Positions 29,775-40,284 of a stretch of DNA of 64,000 nucleotides are shown piece after piece (the stretch's first letter is position 1; each line of letters opens with the position of its first letter). The DNA lies in assembly GCA_963806225.1 (NCBI GenBank), contig CAWDXG010000004.1:576001-640000 (forward strand), written 5' to 3'. This stretch comes from an uncultured delta proteobacterium (GTDB lineage: Bacteria; Myxococcota_A; Polyangia; Polyangiales; Polyangiaceae). The notes below the pieces were generated by a model. The model was given only the letters and a program-made list of their open reading frames with translations. It was not told where the DNA came from and ran no database searches. Made by a program: the position numbers and the translations under genes.

Positions 29775-30728
29775 CTACTTGGCGGGCTTGTTGACGGCGT
29801 TCACCACGGCGCCTTCGTTCAGGAAGGCGACGACCTGATGAGCGATCTCGGTCGAGACGCGATTCTGCGCTTCCTTGGTGGAGGCGCCGAGGTGCGGCGT
29901 GGCGACCACGTTCGGGTGCTTGACGAGGTCGGTCGCCCCGGGCGGCTCCTCCAGGTACACGTCGAAGGCGGCGCCGGCAATCTTTCCGGACTCCAGCCCG
30001 CGCAGCACTGCGGCCTCTTCATAGACGCCGCCGCGCGCCGCGTTCACCAGCATCACGCCGTCCTTCATCTTCTCGATCGCGGCGTCGTTCACGATGTGCT
30101 TCGTGTGCTCGTTGAGCGGGGTGTGGATGGTGATGATGTCGGACTTGGCAAACAGCTCGTCGAGCGGCACAAGCTTGGCGCCGAGCTCGACCGCGTGCTC
30201 CTCGCTGACGACGGGATCGTAGGCCAAGAGGTTCATCTTCAGACCGTTCGCGCGATCGGCCACGATGCTGCCGATGGTGCCGAGGCCGATGATGCCCAGC
30301 GTCTTTCCGCTGATCTCGCGACCGGCGAACTTCTTCTTTTCCCACTTGCCTGCCTTCATCGAGGCGTCGGCGGCGGGCACCTTGCGTGACAGCGCGAAGA
30401 TCAGGCCGATGGCGTGCTCGGCCGTGGTCACCGAGTTCGCGGTCGGCGTGTTCATCACCAGGATGCCCTTCTTCGTGGCCGCCGGGATGTCCACGTTGTC
30501 GACGCCGATGCCGGCACGACCGACGACCTTGAGCTTGTCGGCGGCCTCGAGCACCCGCGCGGTGACCTTGGAGCCACTGCGGATCACCAGACCGTCCGCG
30601 CCCACGATGGCCTTGGCAAGCTCTTCCTCGCTCAAGCCCGGGCGGTTGTCGAGCTCGATGCCCTCGGCCTTCTCGAGGATAGCGAGCCCATCCTTGCTGA
30701 GCTGATCACTGACTAGTACTTTTGCCAT
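29775..30728 (-). CDS. serA: D-3-phosphoglycerate dehydrogenase (short form, no ACT domain)
   Basis: GRAGIGVDNVD, AEHAIGL, GIIGLGTIG, NAARGG and TPHLGAST motifs; coupled to serC. Confidence 0.9.
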   Translation of the reverse strand: MAKVLVSDQLSKDGLAILEKAEGIELDNRPGLSEEELAKAIVGADGLVIRSGSKVTARVLEAADKLKVVGRAGIGVDNVDIPAATKKGILVMNTPTANSVTTAEHAIGLIFALSRKVPAADASMKAGKWEKKKFAGREISGKTLGIIGLGTIGSIVADRANGLKMNLLAYDPVVSEEHAVELGAKLVPLDELFAKSDIITIHTPLNEHTKHIVNDAAIEKMKDGVMLVNAARGGVYEEAAVLRGLESGKIAGAAFDVYLEEPPGATDLVKHPNVVATPHLGASTKEAQNRVSTEIAHQVVAFLNEGAVVNAVNKPAK

Positions 30729-31813
30729 CACGATCCCTTCTTGAAGTCCTTCATGAACTCCACCAGCGCCTCGATCCAGGACAGCTGGGCTGCGTTGTAG
30801 ATGGAGGCGCGAATGCCCCCCACGGAGCGATGCCCCTTGAGCCCGACCATGCCCTGCTTCTGGGCCTCGGCGACGAACTCCGCCTCCAGCTCGGGCGTCG
30901 GCAGATTGAACACCACGTTCATCATCGAGCGGCTCGCCTTGTCCACCGGCGACCGGTAGAAATCAGGGCGTCCGTCGATCGCCTTGTAGAGCAGCTCCGC
31001 CTTCTGGCGATTGTGCTTCTCCATCGCAGCCAGGCCGCCACCCTGCTTCACGACGTCGAGCACATTGCGCAGCAGGTACACGGAGAACGTCGGCGGCGTG
31101 TGGTAAAGCGAGCCGGCGTCTGCGTGAGTGCGGTACTGGAAGATCTTCGGGATATCCTTGCGACCGCCCTCGATCAGGTCCTTCCTGACGATCACGACTG
31201 CGATCCCGCTCGGGCCGAGGTTCTTCTGCGCGCCGGCGTAGATGATGCCGAACTTCGACACATCGATGGGCTTCCACATGATGTCGCTGGACATGTCCGC
31301 GAGGAGCGGCACGCTGCCCGTGTCGGGGAACTCGTGCCACTGGGTGCCCGCGATGGTGTTGTTGCTCGTGATGTGGACGTAGGCCGCCTTGGGATCGAGC
31401 TCCAGCTCGCTCTTCGCGGGAATGCGCGGGAACTTGCCGTCCTTCTCCGTGGTCGCCGCGGCGCGCGCCTGGCCCACCGTCTTCGCTTCGCTGAACGCCT
31501 TCTTCGACCACGACCCCGTGATCACGTAGTCGGCGCTCTTGCCTTCGCCGAGCAGGTTCATCGGAATCCACGCGAACTGCTGGCTGGCGCCGCCCTGCAA
31601 GAGCAGCACTTCGTGGCTGTCGGGCACGCCGAGCAGCTCGCGCACCAGTGAAAGCGCCTGCTTGTGCACGGCATCGTAGGCCTTGCCACGATGGCTGTGC
31701 TCGATGACGCTCATTCCCGTACCCTCGAGATCGACCAGCTCACGCTGCGCACGCTCGAGAGCCGCCAGCGGAAGCGCCGCCGGACCTGCATTGAAATTCA
31801 TTACTCGGGCCAT
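30728..31813 (-). CDS. serC: Phosphoserine aminotransferase
   Basis: [27 protein letters not shown] (PLP Lys) and [15 protein letters not shown] motifs. Confidence 0.97.
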   Translation of the reverse strand: MARVMNFNAGPAALPLAALERAQRELVDLEGTGMSVIEHSHRGKAYDAVHKQALSLVRELLGVPDSHEVLLLQGGASQQFAWIPMNLLGEGKSADYVITGSWSKKAFSEAKTVGQARAAATTEKDGKFPRIPAKSELELDPKAAYVHITSNNTIAGTQWHEFPDTGSVPLLADMSSDIMWKPIDVSKFGIIYAGAQKNLGPSGIAVVIVRKDLIEGGRKDIPKIFQYRTHADAGSLYHTPPTFSVYLLRNVLDVVKQGGGLAAMEKHNRQKAELLYKAIDGRPDFYRSPVDKASRSMMNVVFNLPTPELEAEFVAEAQKQGMVGLKGHRSVGGIRASIYNAAQLSWIEALVEFMKDFKKGS

Positions 31814-32020
31814 GGTCCTCCGTTCTGGGCGTGGAGCCCCGCATGCGTGGGGCTACCGCCTGTGATGCGATGCGTCAAGCGGGCCGCTGTTGCAGCCCCA
31901 CGAGGCTCGCTGGGTTCACCGGGAGAGCCGGCGAAGGGCCGGCGCCGCAGGTGCGGGGTGTCGATAGCACATTGTGGCCGATTGCGCGGCCACCCGCTGC
32001 CGGACGCGCTCGATGTTGAT

Positions 32021-33316
32021 CTACGTCAGGTGGCGGTCGGGATGGAGCGTGTGGAAGAACAGCCCGGTCGGGACCTTGGGATAGAAGAACGTCGACTTCT
32101 GCGGCATCGTCTCGCCGGCTTCCGCCACGCGCCGGATCACCGATACCGGCGTCGGATTCATCAAGAACAGGACCTGACCGTCGCCGCGCTCGAGCAGTGC
32201 GATGCCCTCGTGCGGATCCTGCACGTACGTCAGGTTTTCACGTGCTGCCTGCGCCTCGGGGGTGATGCCGAGGACGTGCTGCAGAAGGCCGTCGTGCAGA
32301 AGCACCACCGCCGTATCCCTGAGCACGTCGGGGCGCGCGCCGAGCACCGGATGCCCGGCCAGGTCAACGTCGTCGCGACGGACGAGAAGCGCCGCGCGCC
32401 CTCCAGGGACCACGGCGCACACAGCCTTGCCCCGCGCCGCCGAGAGCCGCGCCACGAGGGCAGCCGAATCGCCGCGGACGGGGTGCACGTCGAACAGCTC
32501 GCCGGCGCGCTCGAGCAGGCGCTCGAAGTCGAATCGCACGAGTGAATGCACGAGCCGATGCGTCGGATAGACGACCAGCGACGGATCGTCCTCGTTGACG
32601 AGGAGCGCCGGCGTGAACAGATGCTCGGCGGACGCGTCGTGCGCGGACGCCGAGCGTTCTATCTCCTGCGCCAGCGCAACGGCCGTCTCGTAGCGGTGGT
32701 GCCCGTCCGCTATCAGGAGCGTGCGGGCGGAAAGCGCGTCGGTAATCTGCGCGATCGACCTGTCGTCGGTGATGCGCCACAGCCGATGGCGCACCCCGTC
32801 GTCCGTTGTGAACGCCGCGAACGGCTCCCCCGAGTCGAGGTGGGCTTCGAGCGCGCGCCCGGGGTCCGGATACAGCATGAACTGCGGCGACAGCGCGGCG
32901 CGCGTCGCGCGGCCCAGCTCGAGGCGGTCGAGCTTCGGGCCTTTCAACGTGAGCTCGTGCGGCAGTACCTTCCGCTCGTTGAACGGCGTCGCGCGCACCG
33001 CGGCGAAGAAGCCCCGTCGCTCGATCGAACCGCCGCCGCCAGGCGGCGTGAAGTCCTGCGCGTAGCGCCAGTAGGCGCGCTCGGCGTCGCGCACCAGCAC
33101 GCCCTGCCTCTGCCACGCCTCGAACAGCACGCGCGCGTGGTCGTAGCGCGCGTGGCCCTCGCCTTCCGGCAAATCGATGTGCACGACGTTGTGCGAATCC
33201 CGTGCTGCCAGCCGCGCGCGCAGCGCGGCGTCGATGACGTCGTACGGCGGCGCGACCACGCCCGGCAGGGCCGACGGATCGTAGCGGAGCGGGCGCAGCG
33301 GCGCGATGTCGACCAT
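32021..33316 (-). CDS. DUF1015 family protein
   Basis: APPYDVI, PHELT, IADGHHRYETA, PTHRL and MPQKSTFFYPK motifs. Confidence 0.92.
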   Translation of the reverse strand: MVDIAPLRPLRYDPSALPGVVAPPYDVIDAALRARLAARDSHNVVHIDLPEGEGHARYDHARVLFEAWQRQGVLVRDAERAYWRYAQDFTPPGGGGSIERRGFFAAVRATPFNERKVLPHELTLKGPKLDRLELGRATRAALSPQFMLYPDPGRALEAHLDSGEPFAAFTTDDGVRHRLWRITDDRSIAQITDALSARTLLIADGHHRYETAVALAQEIERSASAHDASAEHLFTPALLVNEDDPSLVVYPTHRLVHSLVRFDFERLLERAGELFDVHPVRGDSAALVARLSAARGKAVCAVVPGGRAALLVRRDDVDLAGHPVLGARPDVLRDTAVVLLHDGLLQHVLGITPEAQAARENLTYVQDPHEGIALLERGDGQVLFLMNPTPVSVIRRVAEAGETMPQKSTFFYPKVPTGLFFHTLHPDRHLT

Positions 33317-33383
33317 GCCGCCCTATCGCTATCACCCCGGTGCCAGGGCGGCCAGCGGCGTCGACCACCGCATGACGTCCCCT

Positions 33384-34007
33384 TCACGTCTCCAGGGTGA
33401 CGCCGGCGACCCGCTCGATGTCGTGCACCGCGATGGCACCGGCACGCGCCAGTCGCACATGGCTGTCCCGCACCACCACCACGGTCGAGGCGCGACCACC
33501 GGGACAGCTCCCTTCCAGCACGTACAGCCGCCCATCGGTGATCGCTGCCCCAAAGGCGTCGCGGACTTCCCGCGCGCGGGTCGGCGGAGGCGCGCCGGGC
33601 AGATTCGCGCTGGTGGCGGTCAGCGGCTGCCCGGCGAGGCGCGCCAGCTCCTGGGCCGGCGAGGCGCCCGGCAGGCGTACCGCGACCGTCCCGTCCAGCG
33701 TCAGGCGCCGGTCCGCGTCGCTCGCGGCAGCCAGCGCGATGCTGAGCGGGCCCGGCCAGAACGACTCCGCCAGCCGCTCGGCGAGCGGAGGCAGCTCTTC
33801 CACCAGTCCGCGCCACGCGGTCCGCCCCGGCAACAGGATCGGCACACCCTTGTCGGCGCCGCGGGGTTTCAGCTCGAAGAGACGGTCGACCGCGTCGATG
33901 CGGCTCACGTCGGCGAGCAGACCGAAGAAGGTCTCGGTCGCGGCCGCCACGACGCCGCCGTCATCCAGCACGGCCAACGCCTCGTTGATGCCGGTGCGGT
34001 CGCTCAT
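33384..34007 (-). CDS. tsaC: L-threonylcarbamoyladenylate synthase (Sua5/YrdC)
   Basis: TETFFGL, K.R...K, FWPGPL, TSAN and STVV motifs. Confidence 0.9.
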   Translation of the reverse strand: MSDRTGINEALAVLDDGGVVAAATETFFGLLADVSRIDAVDRLFELKPRGADKGVPILLPGRTAWRGLVEELPPLAERLAESFWPGPLSIALAAASDADRRLTLDGTVAVRLPGASPAQELARLAGQPLTATSANLPGAPPPTRAREVRDAFGAAITDGRLYVLEGSCPGGRASTVVVVRDSHVRLARAGAIAVHDIERVAGVTLET

Positions 34008-35293
34008 CCGCCCCCCAGCGCGCGCGCGCCGATGTCGAGCCGCATCTGCCGACCGGCGAAGTGGATCTGCTCGGCGGCGCGGTACGCGCGCCCGTGCGCT
34101 TCGGTCAGCGTCGCGCCGCGTGCCGTGACTCCGAGCACGCGCCCGCCATGGGTCAAGATCCGCCCGTCCTCGCGCCGGGTTCCCGCGTGGTAGACGCTGA
34201 CGCCGGGTAGACCCTCCGCGCGCGGAAGCCCCTCGATCACGTCACCCTTGCGCGGCTTGCCGGGGTAGCCGGACGCCGCGAGCACGACGCAAAGTGCGTG
34301 GTCGCGCCTGACCCGCAGCATGTCGCGCTCGAGCTGTCCGCGTGCGGCAGCGCCCAGCGCCTCGGCAAGGTCCCCCTCCACCACGTTCATCAGCACCTGC
34401 GTCTCCGGGTCGCCGAACCGCACATTGAACTCGAGCAGGACCGCCTCGCCGCGCGCGGTGATCATCAAGCCGGCGAACAGCGTGCCGCGATACGGCATGC
34501 CGTCCGCCTTCATGCCCTCCACCGCGCGCTGGATAACGTCCTCTTCGATGCGTCGAGCGAGTGCGGGTGTCACCAGCGGCGCCGGCGCGTAGCTGCCCAT
34601 GCCTCCCGTGTTCGGACCGGTGTCGCCGTCGCCGATGCGCTTGTGATCCTGCGCAGCGGGCAGCACGATCGCGCGCTCTCCGTCGCAGATGGCGTGCACG
34701 CTCGCCTCCTGTCCGACGATGCGTTCCTCGAGCACCACCGTTTTTCCGGCGTCGCCGAACGCCCCGCCCTCGAGCATGCGCGACAGTGCCGCCAGCGCCT
34801 CGTCCCGGGTGCTGGACACGACGACGCCCTTGCCCGCGCAGAGCCCGTCGGCCTTCACCACAGGCGGCGTGTCGAAGCTGTCGAGCGCCCGGCGCGCCTC
34901 GTCCATGTCGTGCACGACGACGTGGCGCGCGGTGCGGATGCCGTGACGCGCGGCAAAGTCCTTCATGAACTCCTTCGAGCCCTCCAGCGCCGCTGCCGCG
35001 CGCCCCGGCCCGTAGGCGAGGATGCCCTCGGCGGTCAGGCGATCCACGAGCCCGTCGCAGAGCGGCGCCTCGGGTCCAACCACGACCAGATCCACGCGCT
35101 CGGATCGCGCGATGTCTAGTGGGTCGCCCGCAGCGTTGCGCAACGTCTTGTTGCTCCCGAGCGGCGCCCGCGCCGTTCCCGCGTTGCCCGGCGCGACGAT
35201 CACTTCCCCGACCGACACGGAGTCGAGAAGCCGCGACGCGAGCGCATGTTCGCGCCCGCCTCCTCCAACGACCAGAACCCTGCGTGCCTGCAT
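34004..35293 (-). CDS. purD: Phosphoribosylamine-glycine ligase
   Basis: GGGGREHAL, VVGPEAPL, KADGLCAGKGV, QDHKRIGDGDTGPNTGGMG and EFNVRFGDPE motifs. Confidence 0.97.
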   Translation of the reverse strand: MQARRVLVVGGGGREHALASRLLDSVSVGEVIVAPGNAGTARAPLGSNKTLRNAAGDPLDIARSERVDLVVVGPEAPLCDGLVDRLTAEGILAYGPGRAAAALEGSKEFMKDFAARHGIRTARHVVVHDMDEARRALDSFDTPPVVKADGLCAGKGVVVSSTRDEALAALSRMLEGGAFGDAGKTVVLEERIVGQEASVHAICDGERAIVLPAAQDHKRIGDGDTGPNTGGMGSYAPAPLVTPALARRIEEDVIQRAVEGMKADGMPYRGTLFAGLMITARGEAVLLEFNVRFGDPETQVLMNVVEGDLAEALGAAARGQLERDMLRVRRDHALCVVLAASGYPGKPRKGDVIEGLPRAEGLPGVSVYHAGTRREDGRILTHGGRVLGVTARGATLTEAHGRAYRAAEQIHFAGRQMRLDIGARALGGG

Positions 35294-35466
35294 CCGCTGC
35301 CCGCATACTACCGGGTGCTCCCAGCCGGACAAGCCGTGCCGGCGCAATCGCGCGCGCTGCGCCGGCGCCGGGCCCGATCGTTTCCGCGGCGGGAAACCCG
35401 GGCCGGAAGCGATCCGATTGCCGCCGCGGTCGATCCGCGTTTACCTGCAGGCTGGAGTTCCTGCCC

Positions 35467-35994
35467 ATGCCCGAAACCGTCTCGCTCAGCCTGGTACGGC
35501 CGTACACGACTGAAGAAGAGCTCATCGCCGCCGAAGGCTGGGCGATCGACAACAAGGGCATGGTGCTGATCGACCAGCCGCGGCTCGCTTCGGGAACGCT
35601 GGTGCGGTTCGAGCTGCTGCTCGAGGGCGGAGAGCGGGTGCTCGTGGCGGAAGGCAAAGCGGTCGGCTACGCCAAGGCCGACGGCGATCGTCCGGCCGGA
35701 GCGAAGATCCGCTTCAAGCGTTTCAATGCCTCGGGCAAGGCGTTCATCGAGCGCGTGCTGGCCGCCAAGGCCGCACCGCCGCCGGAGCTTTCAGCCGCCA
35801 CGCCGGAATCCGCCGATGAGCCTTTTGTGCGTGCCCCAGCGGCGACAGCCGACATCGAGCAGAGCGGCATCCGCCACCGCGTGAGCGGGCCCGTCGCACC
35901 GCCGGCAAACCGCGACGAGCTGCTCGAGAAGCTCCGCGAGCGGGGCCGCCTCGCGAAAGCGCGCAAAGCGGAAGACGCCGAACAGAGCGCCTGA
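35467..35994 (+). CDS. Degenerate PilZ-like domain protein
   Basis: GMVL...GTLVRFELLL..G.....EGKAV...GAKIRF beta-barrel pattern; no RxxxR motif. Confidence 0.55.
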   Translation: MPETVSLSLVRPYTTEEELIAAEGWAIDNKGMVLIDQPRLASGTLVRFELLLEGGERVLVAEGKAVGYAKADGDRPAGAKIRFKRFNASGKAFIERVLAAKAAPPPELSAATPESADEPFVRAPAATADIEQSGIRHRVSGPVAPPANRDELLEKLRERGRLAKARKAEDAEQSA

Positions 35995-35996
35995 GC

Positions 35997-36977
35997 TCAG
36001 GGCATCGGCATCTCGCCGGGCGCCTCGCGGCGCGGGCGGGCGTGCGCGCGCCGGACCAACCTGTCGCACAGCTCCGGAAAGGGGATGCCCGCCGCCACCG
36101 CCGCTTCGGGGAAAAGGCTGGTCGCCGTCATGCCGGGCAGCGTGTTCAGCTCCAGCAGGGTGATCGGCGCGGGCTCGCCCTGGGCCACGACGAAGTCCAC
36201 GCGAGACAGGTCGCGCGCCCCGAGCGCGCGATGCGCGGCCACCGCCAGTTGCTGGACGCGCTCGGTCAGCGGCGCCGGAAGGGGCGCCGGGCAGCGATGC
36301 TCGCTGCCGCCCTGGGCGTACTTGCTCTGGAAGTCGTACCACTCGTTGGCCCGGCTCAGGATCAACGTGGGCGGCAGCGCGCGTGGTTCACCCGACTCGT
36401 CCTCCAGCACGCTGCAGGTGATCTCCTGTCCGTCCACGAAGCGCTCCACCAGCGCGACGGGGTCCTCCGAAAGCGCCGCCTCGATCGCTCTGACCAGCAC
36501 GCCGTCGTCGTCGCTCGCGCGCACCCGCCCGACACCGATGGCCGAGCCGCCCGATGCTGGCTTGACGAATAGCGCAGCGCCGAGATCGGCGCGCAGCCCG
36601 GCCGCCCGCGCACGCGGATCCTCGCCGCGCCGCACCAGACGCTCCTCGGCGATCGGCAGGCCCGCCCGCGCGAACTGCACCTTCGCGTGCGGCTTGCTGG
36701 CCGCCAGCGCGCTGGCCAGCACGCCCGAGCCCACGTACGGAAGATCGAGTACCTCGAGCAGCCCCTGCAGGCAGCCGTCCTCGCCGAGCGGGCCGTGCGT
36801 CACCGGGAACACGACGTCGACGTCGCGGAGCGCCGCCGGCAGGTCAGCGCCGAGCTCGACCACGCGCGGGCGGTGCCCGGCCTCTACCAGCGCCTTCTCC
36901 ACGCCGGCCGCCGAAGCGCGGCTGACCTGGGCCTCGCTCGACGGTCCCCCCGCGATCACCGCGACGGAGAACGTCAC
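35997..36977 (-). CDS. ddl: D-alanine--D-alanine ligase
   Basis: GGPSSEAQVS, HGPLGEDG, VKPASGGS, YDFQSKY and ELNTLPGMT motifs; GTG start overlaps the upstream stop. Confidence 0.95.
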   Translation of the reverse strand: MTFSVAVIAGGPSSEAQVSRASAAGVEKALVEAGHRPRVVELGADLPAALRDVDVVFPVTHGPLGEDGCLQGLLEVLDLPYVGSGVLASALAASKPHAKVQFARAGLPIAEERLVRRGEDPRARAAGLRADLGAALFVKPASGGSAIGVGRVRASDDDGVLVRAIEAALSEDPVALVERFVDGQEITCSVLEDESGEPRALPPTLILSRANEWYDFQSKYAQGGSEHRCPAPLPAPLTERVQQLAVAAHRALGARDLSRVDFVVAQGEPAPITLLELNTLPGMTATSLFPEAAVAAGIPFPELCDRLVRRAHARPRREAPGEMPMP

Positions 36978-37429
36978 GGCTGCTCCAGGTGCGGCACCTC
37001 TTCGATCGGCATGTGCTCGAGATGGATGTGGAGCTGCTCGCTGAGCGTGAAGATGCGCTCGTCGCGGTAGAATTCGCCGAACACGATGCGTTCGAGGCCG
37101 GAGTTGGCGACCAGCTTGAAGCAGTTGAAGCAGGGCGACGCGGTCACGTAGATGTCCGCGCCGTCGAGCCTGACGCCGTTGCGCGCCGCCTGCACGATGG
37201 CGTTTGCCTCGGCGTGCACGGTGCGCACGCAATGGCCGTCCTCCATCATGTGCCCCTCGTCGTCGCAATGCGCGAGACCGCGGATGGATCCGTTGTAGCC
37301 AGTGGTCAGGATCATGCGCTCCCGCACGATGACGGCGCCGACGTGCTTGCGATCGCAGGTCGAGCGCGTCGCCACCTCGCGCGCGATGGCCATGAAGTAC
37401 TCGTCCCAGCTCGCTCGGCGTCGTGTCAT
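36974..37429 (-). CDS. dCMP deaminase (ComEB-like)
   Basis: SWDEYFM, RSTC, GYNG, HAEANA and PCFNC motifs. Confidence 0.92.
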   Translation of the reverse strand: MTRRRASWDEYFMAIAREVATRSTCDRKHVGAVIVRERMILTTGYNGSIRGLAHCDDEGHMMEDGHCVRTVHAEANAIVQAARNGVRLDGADIYVTASPCFNCFKLVANSGLERIVFGEFYRDERIFTLSEQLHIHLEHMPIEEVPHLEQP

Positions 37430-37560
37430 GGTGGCGCGCTATACCGCGAAGCCGCGGGCGAAACGAGAGGCGGGCTTCACGATACATGGCAACGCCGGAG
37501 CGGCGGGATGGCTTCCCCCAGATCGTCCCCCCGGGGCTACGGACTCCGCGGCGACGGGCG

Positions 37561-38550
37561 TCAGTCCGGGTCACGGACCAGAAACGAGCGCATGACGAAC
37601 TCCTCGGCCGTCTTCCGCGGTCCCGGGGCCGAGGTCAGCGCGCGGTACTGCGCCCGGACGCGACGCCTCTTGTAGCTGGTGTACAGCGCCTGCGGGCCGC
37701 CGTCGCGCGGCGCCCAGGACGGCGGCCGCCCGAGGAGCTTCCGGGCCTGTTCGGGCGTGACGGCGGGCGCGCTCTCGGTCTGCATCCGCTCGCGCAGCGT
37801 GTTGAGCTGCTCCCACCCGAGCCCGAACAGGAATTCCTCGAACGCCTGCAGCTGCTCGTCCGGCACCTCGTCGTCGAAATAGTCGAGGAAGCGCGTGTCA
37901 CTGCATTCGCGTAACAAGCGGAAGAACTCCTGCGTGCCGAGTGTGGTGCCGATGATGGGACGCAGCTTGTTGCGGGCGTGCCATACCGAGTCGAGAACGG
38001 GCGCGAAGTCGTCGATCTCCGACTCGAGGCGGTTTTCCCAGATGCGGATCAGGGCCTGGGCAGCCGCAACCTTGAGCCGGCGCTCGGCCTGCCGGTCGGT
38101 GACGATGGAGATGAACAGCTCCTCGGCGAGCTTGGAATAGATAGAGCGCCCGAGCGCGAACTCGGCGCGATCGTGGAGCTCCTCCGGTGCATCGACCGCA
38201 TCGAGCCCATACGTCAGGGCCTTGAGGAAGTTGATCTTGGCGATGAGGTAGGCCTGACCGAAGATCACGCGTACCGGAACGTGTAGCTCGAGGTCCCAGT
38301 CGGGCACGGCGCACAGCAGGTCGAGCAGCGTGCCGTCGGGACCTCCGGCAACGCGCCGCGCTTCCCACGAGCCGAGCACCGCGGGGCTGTCACGCACCAG
38401 ATCCGCGGCGTGAGCGAGACGGTCCAGGTTGGTGTGGAGCAGGTCGGCTTCACCCCGGGCGCCGGCCTCGACCAGCTCGAGCGAGTGCTCGACCAGGGCG
38501 CGCTCCGCGTCGTGGAAGAAATGCAGATCCGGAAGCCGGCCAGCGGCCAT
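37561..38550 (-). CDS. Conserved hypothetical helical protein (329 aa)
   Basis: Strong GC3 bias and normal composition from MAAGRLPDL; no motif recognised. Confidence 0.75.
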   Translation of the reverse strand: MAAGRLPDLHFFHDAERALVEHSLELVEAGARGEADLLHTNLDRLAHAADLVRDSPAVLGSWEARRVAGGPDGTLLDLLCAVPDWDLELHVPVRVIFGQAYLIAKINFLKALTYGLDAVDAPEELHDRAEFALGRSIYSKLAEELFISIVTDRQAERRLKVAAAQALIRIWENRLESEIDDFAPVLDSVWHARNKLRPIIGTTLGTQEFFRLLRECSDTRFLDYFDDEVPDEQLQAFEEFLFGLGWEQLNTLRERMQTESAPAVTPEQARKLLGRPPSWAPRDGGPQALYTSYKRRRVRAQYRALTSAPGPRKTAEEFVMRSFLVRDPD

Positions 38551-38668
38551 GACCCGGGAGAGTACACCCACTGCCAGCGGATCGCCCGACCGGGCCCGGC
38601 AGCTCACACCACCCGGCGGCGGGATCCGGGGCTTGACCTCGTGCCGGGCCCGTGGCTTGTTGCCCGCC

Positions 38669-39190
38669 GTGCGGCGGCTCAATAGCGCTTCAAACCTGGC
38701 CGTTGTCGCTCTCTGTTCGACGCTGGTCGTGGCGGGCGTCGCGCTGGCGGCGACGCCGCTCGGCAACCCGCGAACCGAGACGCAGCGCATCGTGAAGGCG
38801 GTCGAGGCCAAGCCCGACAGCGCGAAGCTCGCCAAGCAGCCTCTCGACAAGGCCAGGCAGGCACTCGATCGGGCCCACCAGGCCCGCGCCGCGGGCGACT
38901 ACCGGCACGCCGGCATGCTGGAAAGCCTCGCGCTCGAGTGGGCCCAGACGGCCCAGGATCTTGGCCGGGCCGTCGCCGCAGAGCAGCGGGCCGAGAAGGT
39001 CGAGAAACAGGCCGCCGACGCCGCGACCAAGGCCAGACACGCCCGCGCGCTACTGGAGGAAACCGTGGCCCGCCGCGGCCGCGCACAGGAGCGCCTCGAC
39101 CTGCTCGAGAAGGCCGGCGCCCACCCCGCCCGACCGGCGAAGAAGGCTCCCACGCCGGCGAAGAAGGCGCAACCGGGAGGTGGCAAGTGA
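38669..39190 (+). CDS. Secreted coiled-coil protein (DUF4398-like)
   Basis: Signal peptide and Ala-rich heptads; GTGA coupling to the next gene. Start approximate. Confidence 0.65.
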   Translation: MRRLNSASNLAVVALCSTLVVAGVALAATPLGNPRTETQRIVKAVEAKPDSAKLAKQPLDKARQALDRAHQARAAGDYRHAGMLESLALEWAQTAQDLGRAVAAEQRAEKVEKQAADAATKARHARALLEETVARRGRAQERLDLLEKAGAHPARPAKKAPTPAKKAQPGGGK

Positions 39191-40284
39191 AGCGGCTGCT
39201 GCCCGCGCTCGCAACCGCGCTGCTGGTTTCGTGCGCCGCGACGCCGCGCCCGCAGGTGATGAGCCAGGCCGACGCGGTCGAGCACACTCCCGCCGCCGCC
39301 GAAGCGCAGAAGCTCGCGCCCCAGGCGTTTGCGCACGCCCAGAAGCTCCGGCAGGAGGCCGAGCACGCGTACCAGGACGACGACGTGTCGGGCGCGCAGA
39401 TCCTCGGCGAGCAGTCGATCGCAGCGTACACGCACGCCTTCGTGCTGGCGCGACTGGCCAAGGCCGGCGCGCGGCTCGACAACGCGCAGGCGCAGCTGGA
39501 CAAGGCCGGCAAGTCGCTGCACGCGCTCGACGAGAAGGAGAAGCGCGTCGCGGCCGAGGCCGACGATCTCGAGATGCGCGCGAAGGTCGCCCAGGACGCA
39601 CTGCCGCTCGTGCCCAACACACCCGCCTCGCCCGCACGGGAGAAGGCGCGGCTCGCCGCGGCGCGATCGATGGCGGTCGAAGCGCGCCTGCTCTGCGTCT
39701 CGACCCGCCTGCTCGGCCAGAGCTCGAAGGATCTGCAGGGAGCGCTGTCGAAGCTCGACGCGCTCGACACCAGGCTCTCGAAGAAGCCGTCGCCGGCTCC
39801 TATCGACGACGCGATCGCGTTGCGCTCGCAGTGTCTGGATCTGCTCGGCAAGGCACGCCGGCCTGCCACCAGGAAAGCGCCGGCCGCGGGCGTCACCGAC
39901 GCGCTCCTGACCGAGCTGTCGAAAACCGGCGAGCTGTATCCGTTCCGCGACGACCGCGGCGTCGTCGTGACGCTACGCGGACTGTTCCGGGGCGGCGATC
40001 AGCTCGACAAGCCGGCGCAGAAGACGCTCGGGCTCCTCGGCCGCGTCGCCAAGGCGCACGCGGCCTTCCCGGTGCTGGTCGTCGTGCACTCCGCATCGGG
40101 AGCACCCAGCGCGCGCGACCAGAAGCGCGGCGAAGCGGTCGCCAAGGCGCTGGAAGCGGCCGGCGCCGCCAAGGTCGAGGTGCAGCGGGCCGGTGGCGCC
40201 GAGCCGCTGGTGGAGCCCGCACGACGCGGTGCAGCAGCGCGCAATCAGCGCATCGAGATCGTCTTCATCTCGCCTGCATCCTGA
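39187..40284 (+). CDS. Lipoprotein with a coiled coil and a degenerate OmpA-like C-terminal domain
   Basis: Lipobox LVSC; DRGVVVTL..LF, RGEAVAKAL and NQRIEIVF motifs. Confidence 0.7.
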   Translation: MKRLLPALATALLVSCAATPRPQVMSQADAVEHTPAAAEAQKLAPQAFAHAQKLRQEAEHAYQDDDVSGAQILGEQSIAAYTHAFVLARLAKAGARLDNAQAQLDKAGKSLHALDEKEKRVAAEADDLEMRAKVAQDALPLVPNTPASPAREKARLAAARSMAVEARLLCVSTRLLGQSSKDLQGALSKLDALDTRLSKKPSPAPIDDAIALRSQCLDLLGKARRPATRKAPAAGVTDALLTELSKTGELYPFRDDRGVVVTLRGLFRGGDQLDKPAQKTLGLLGRVAKAHAAFPVLVVVHSASGAPSARDQKRGEAVAKALEAAGAAKVEVQRAGGAEPLVEPARRGAAARNQRIEIVFISPAS

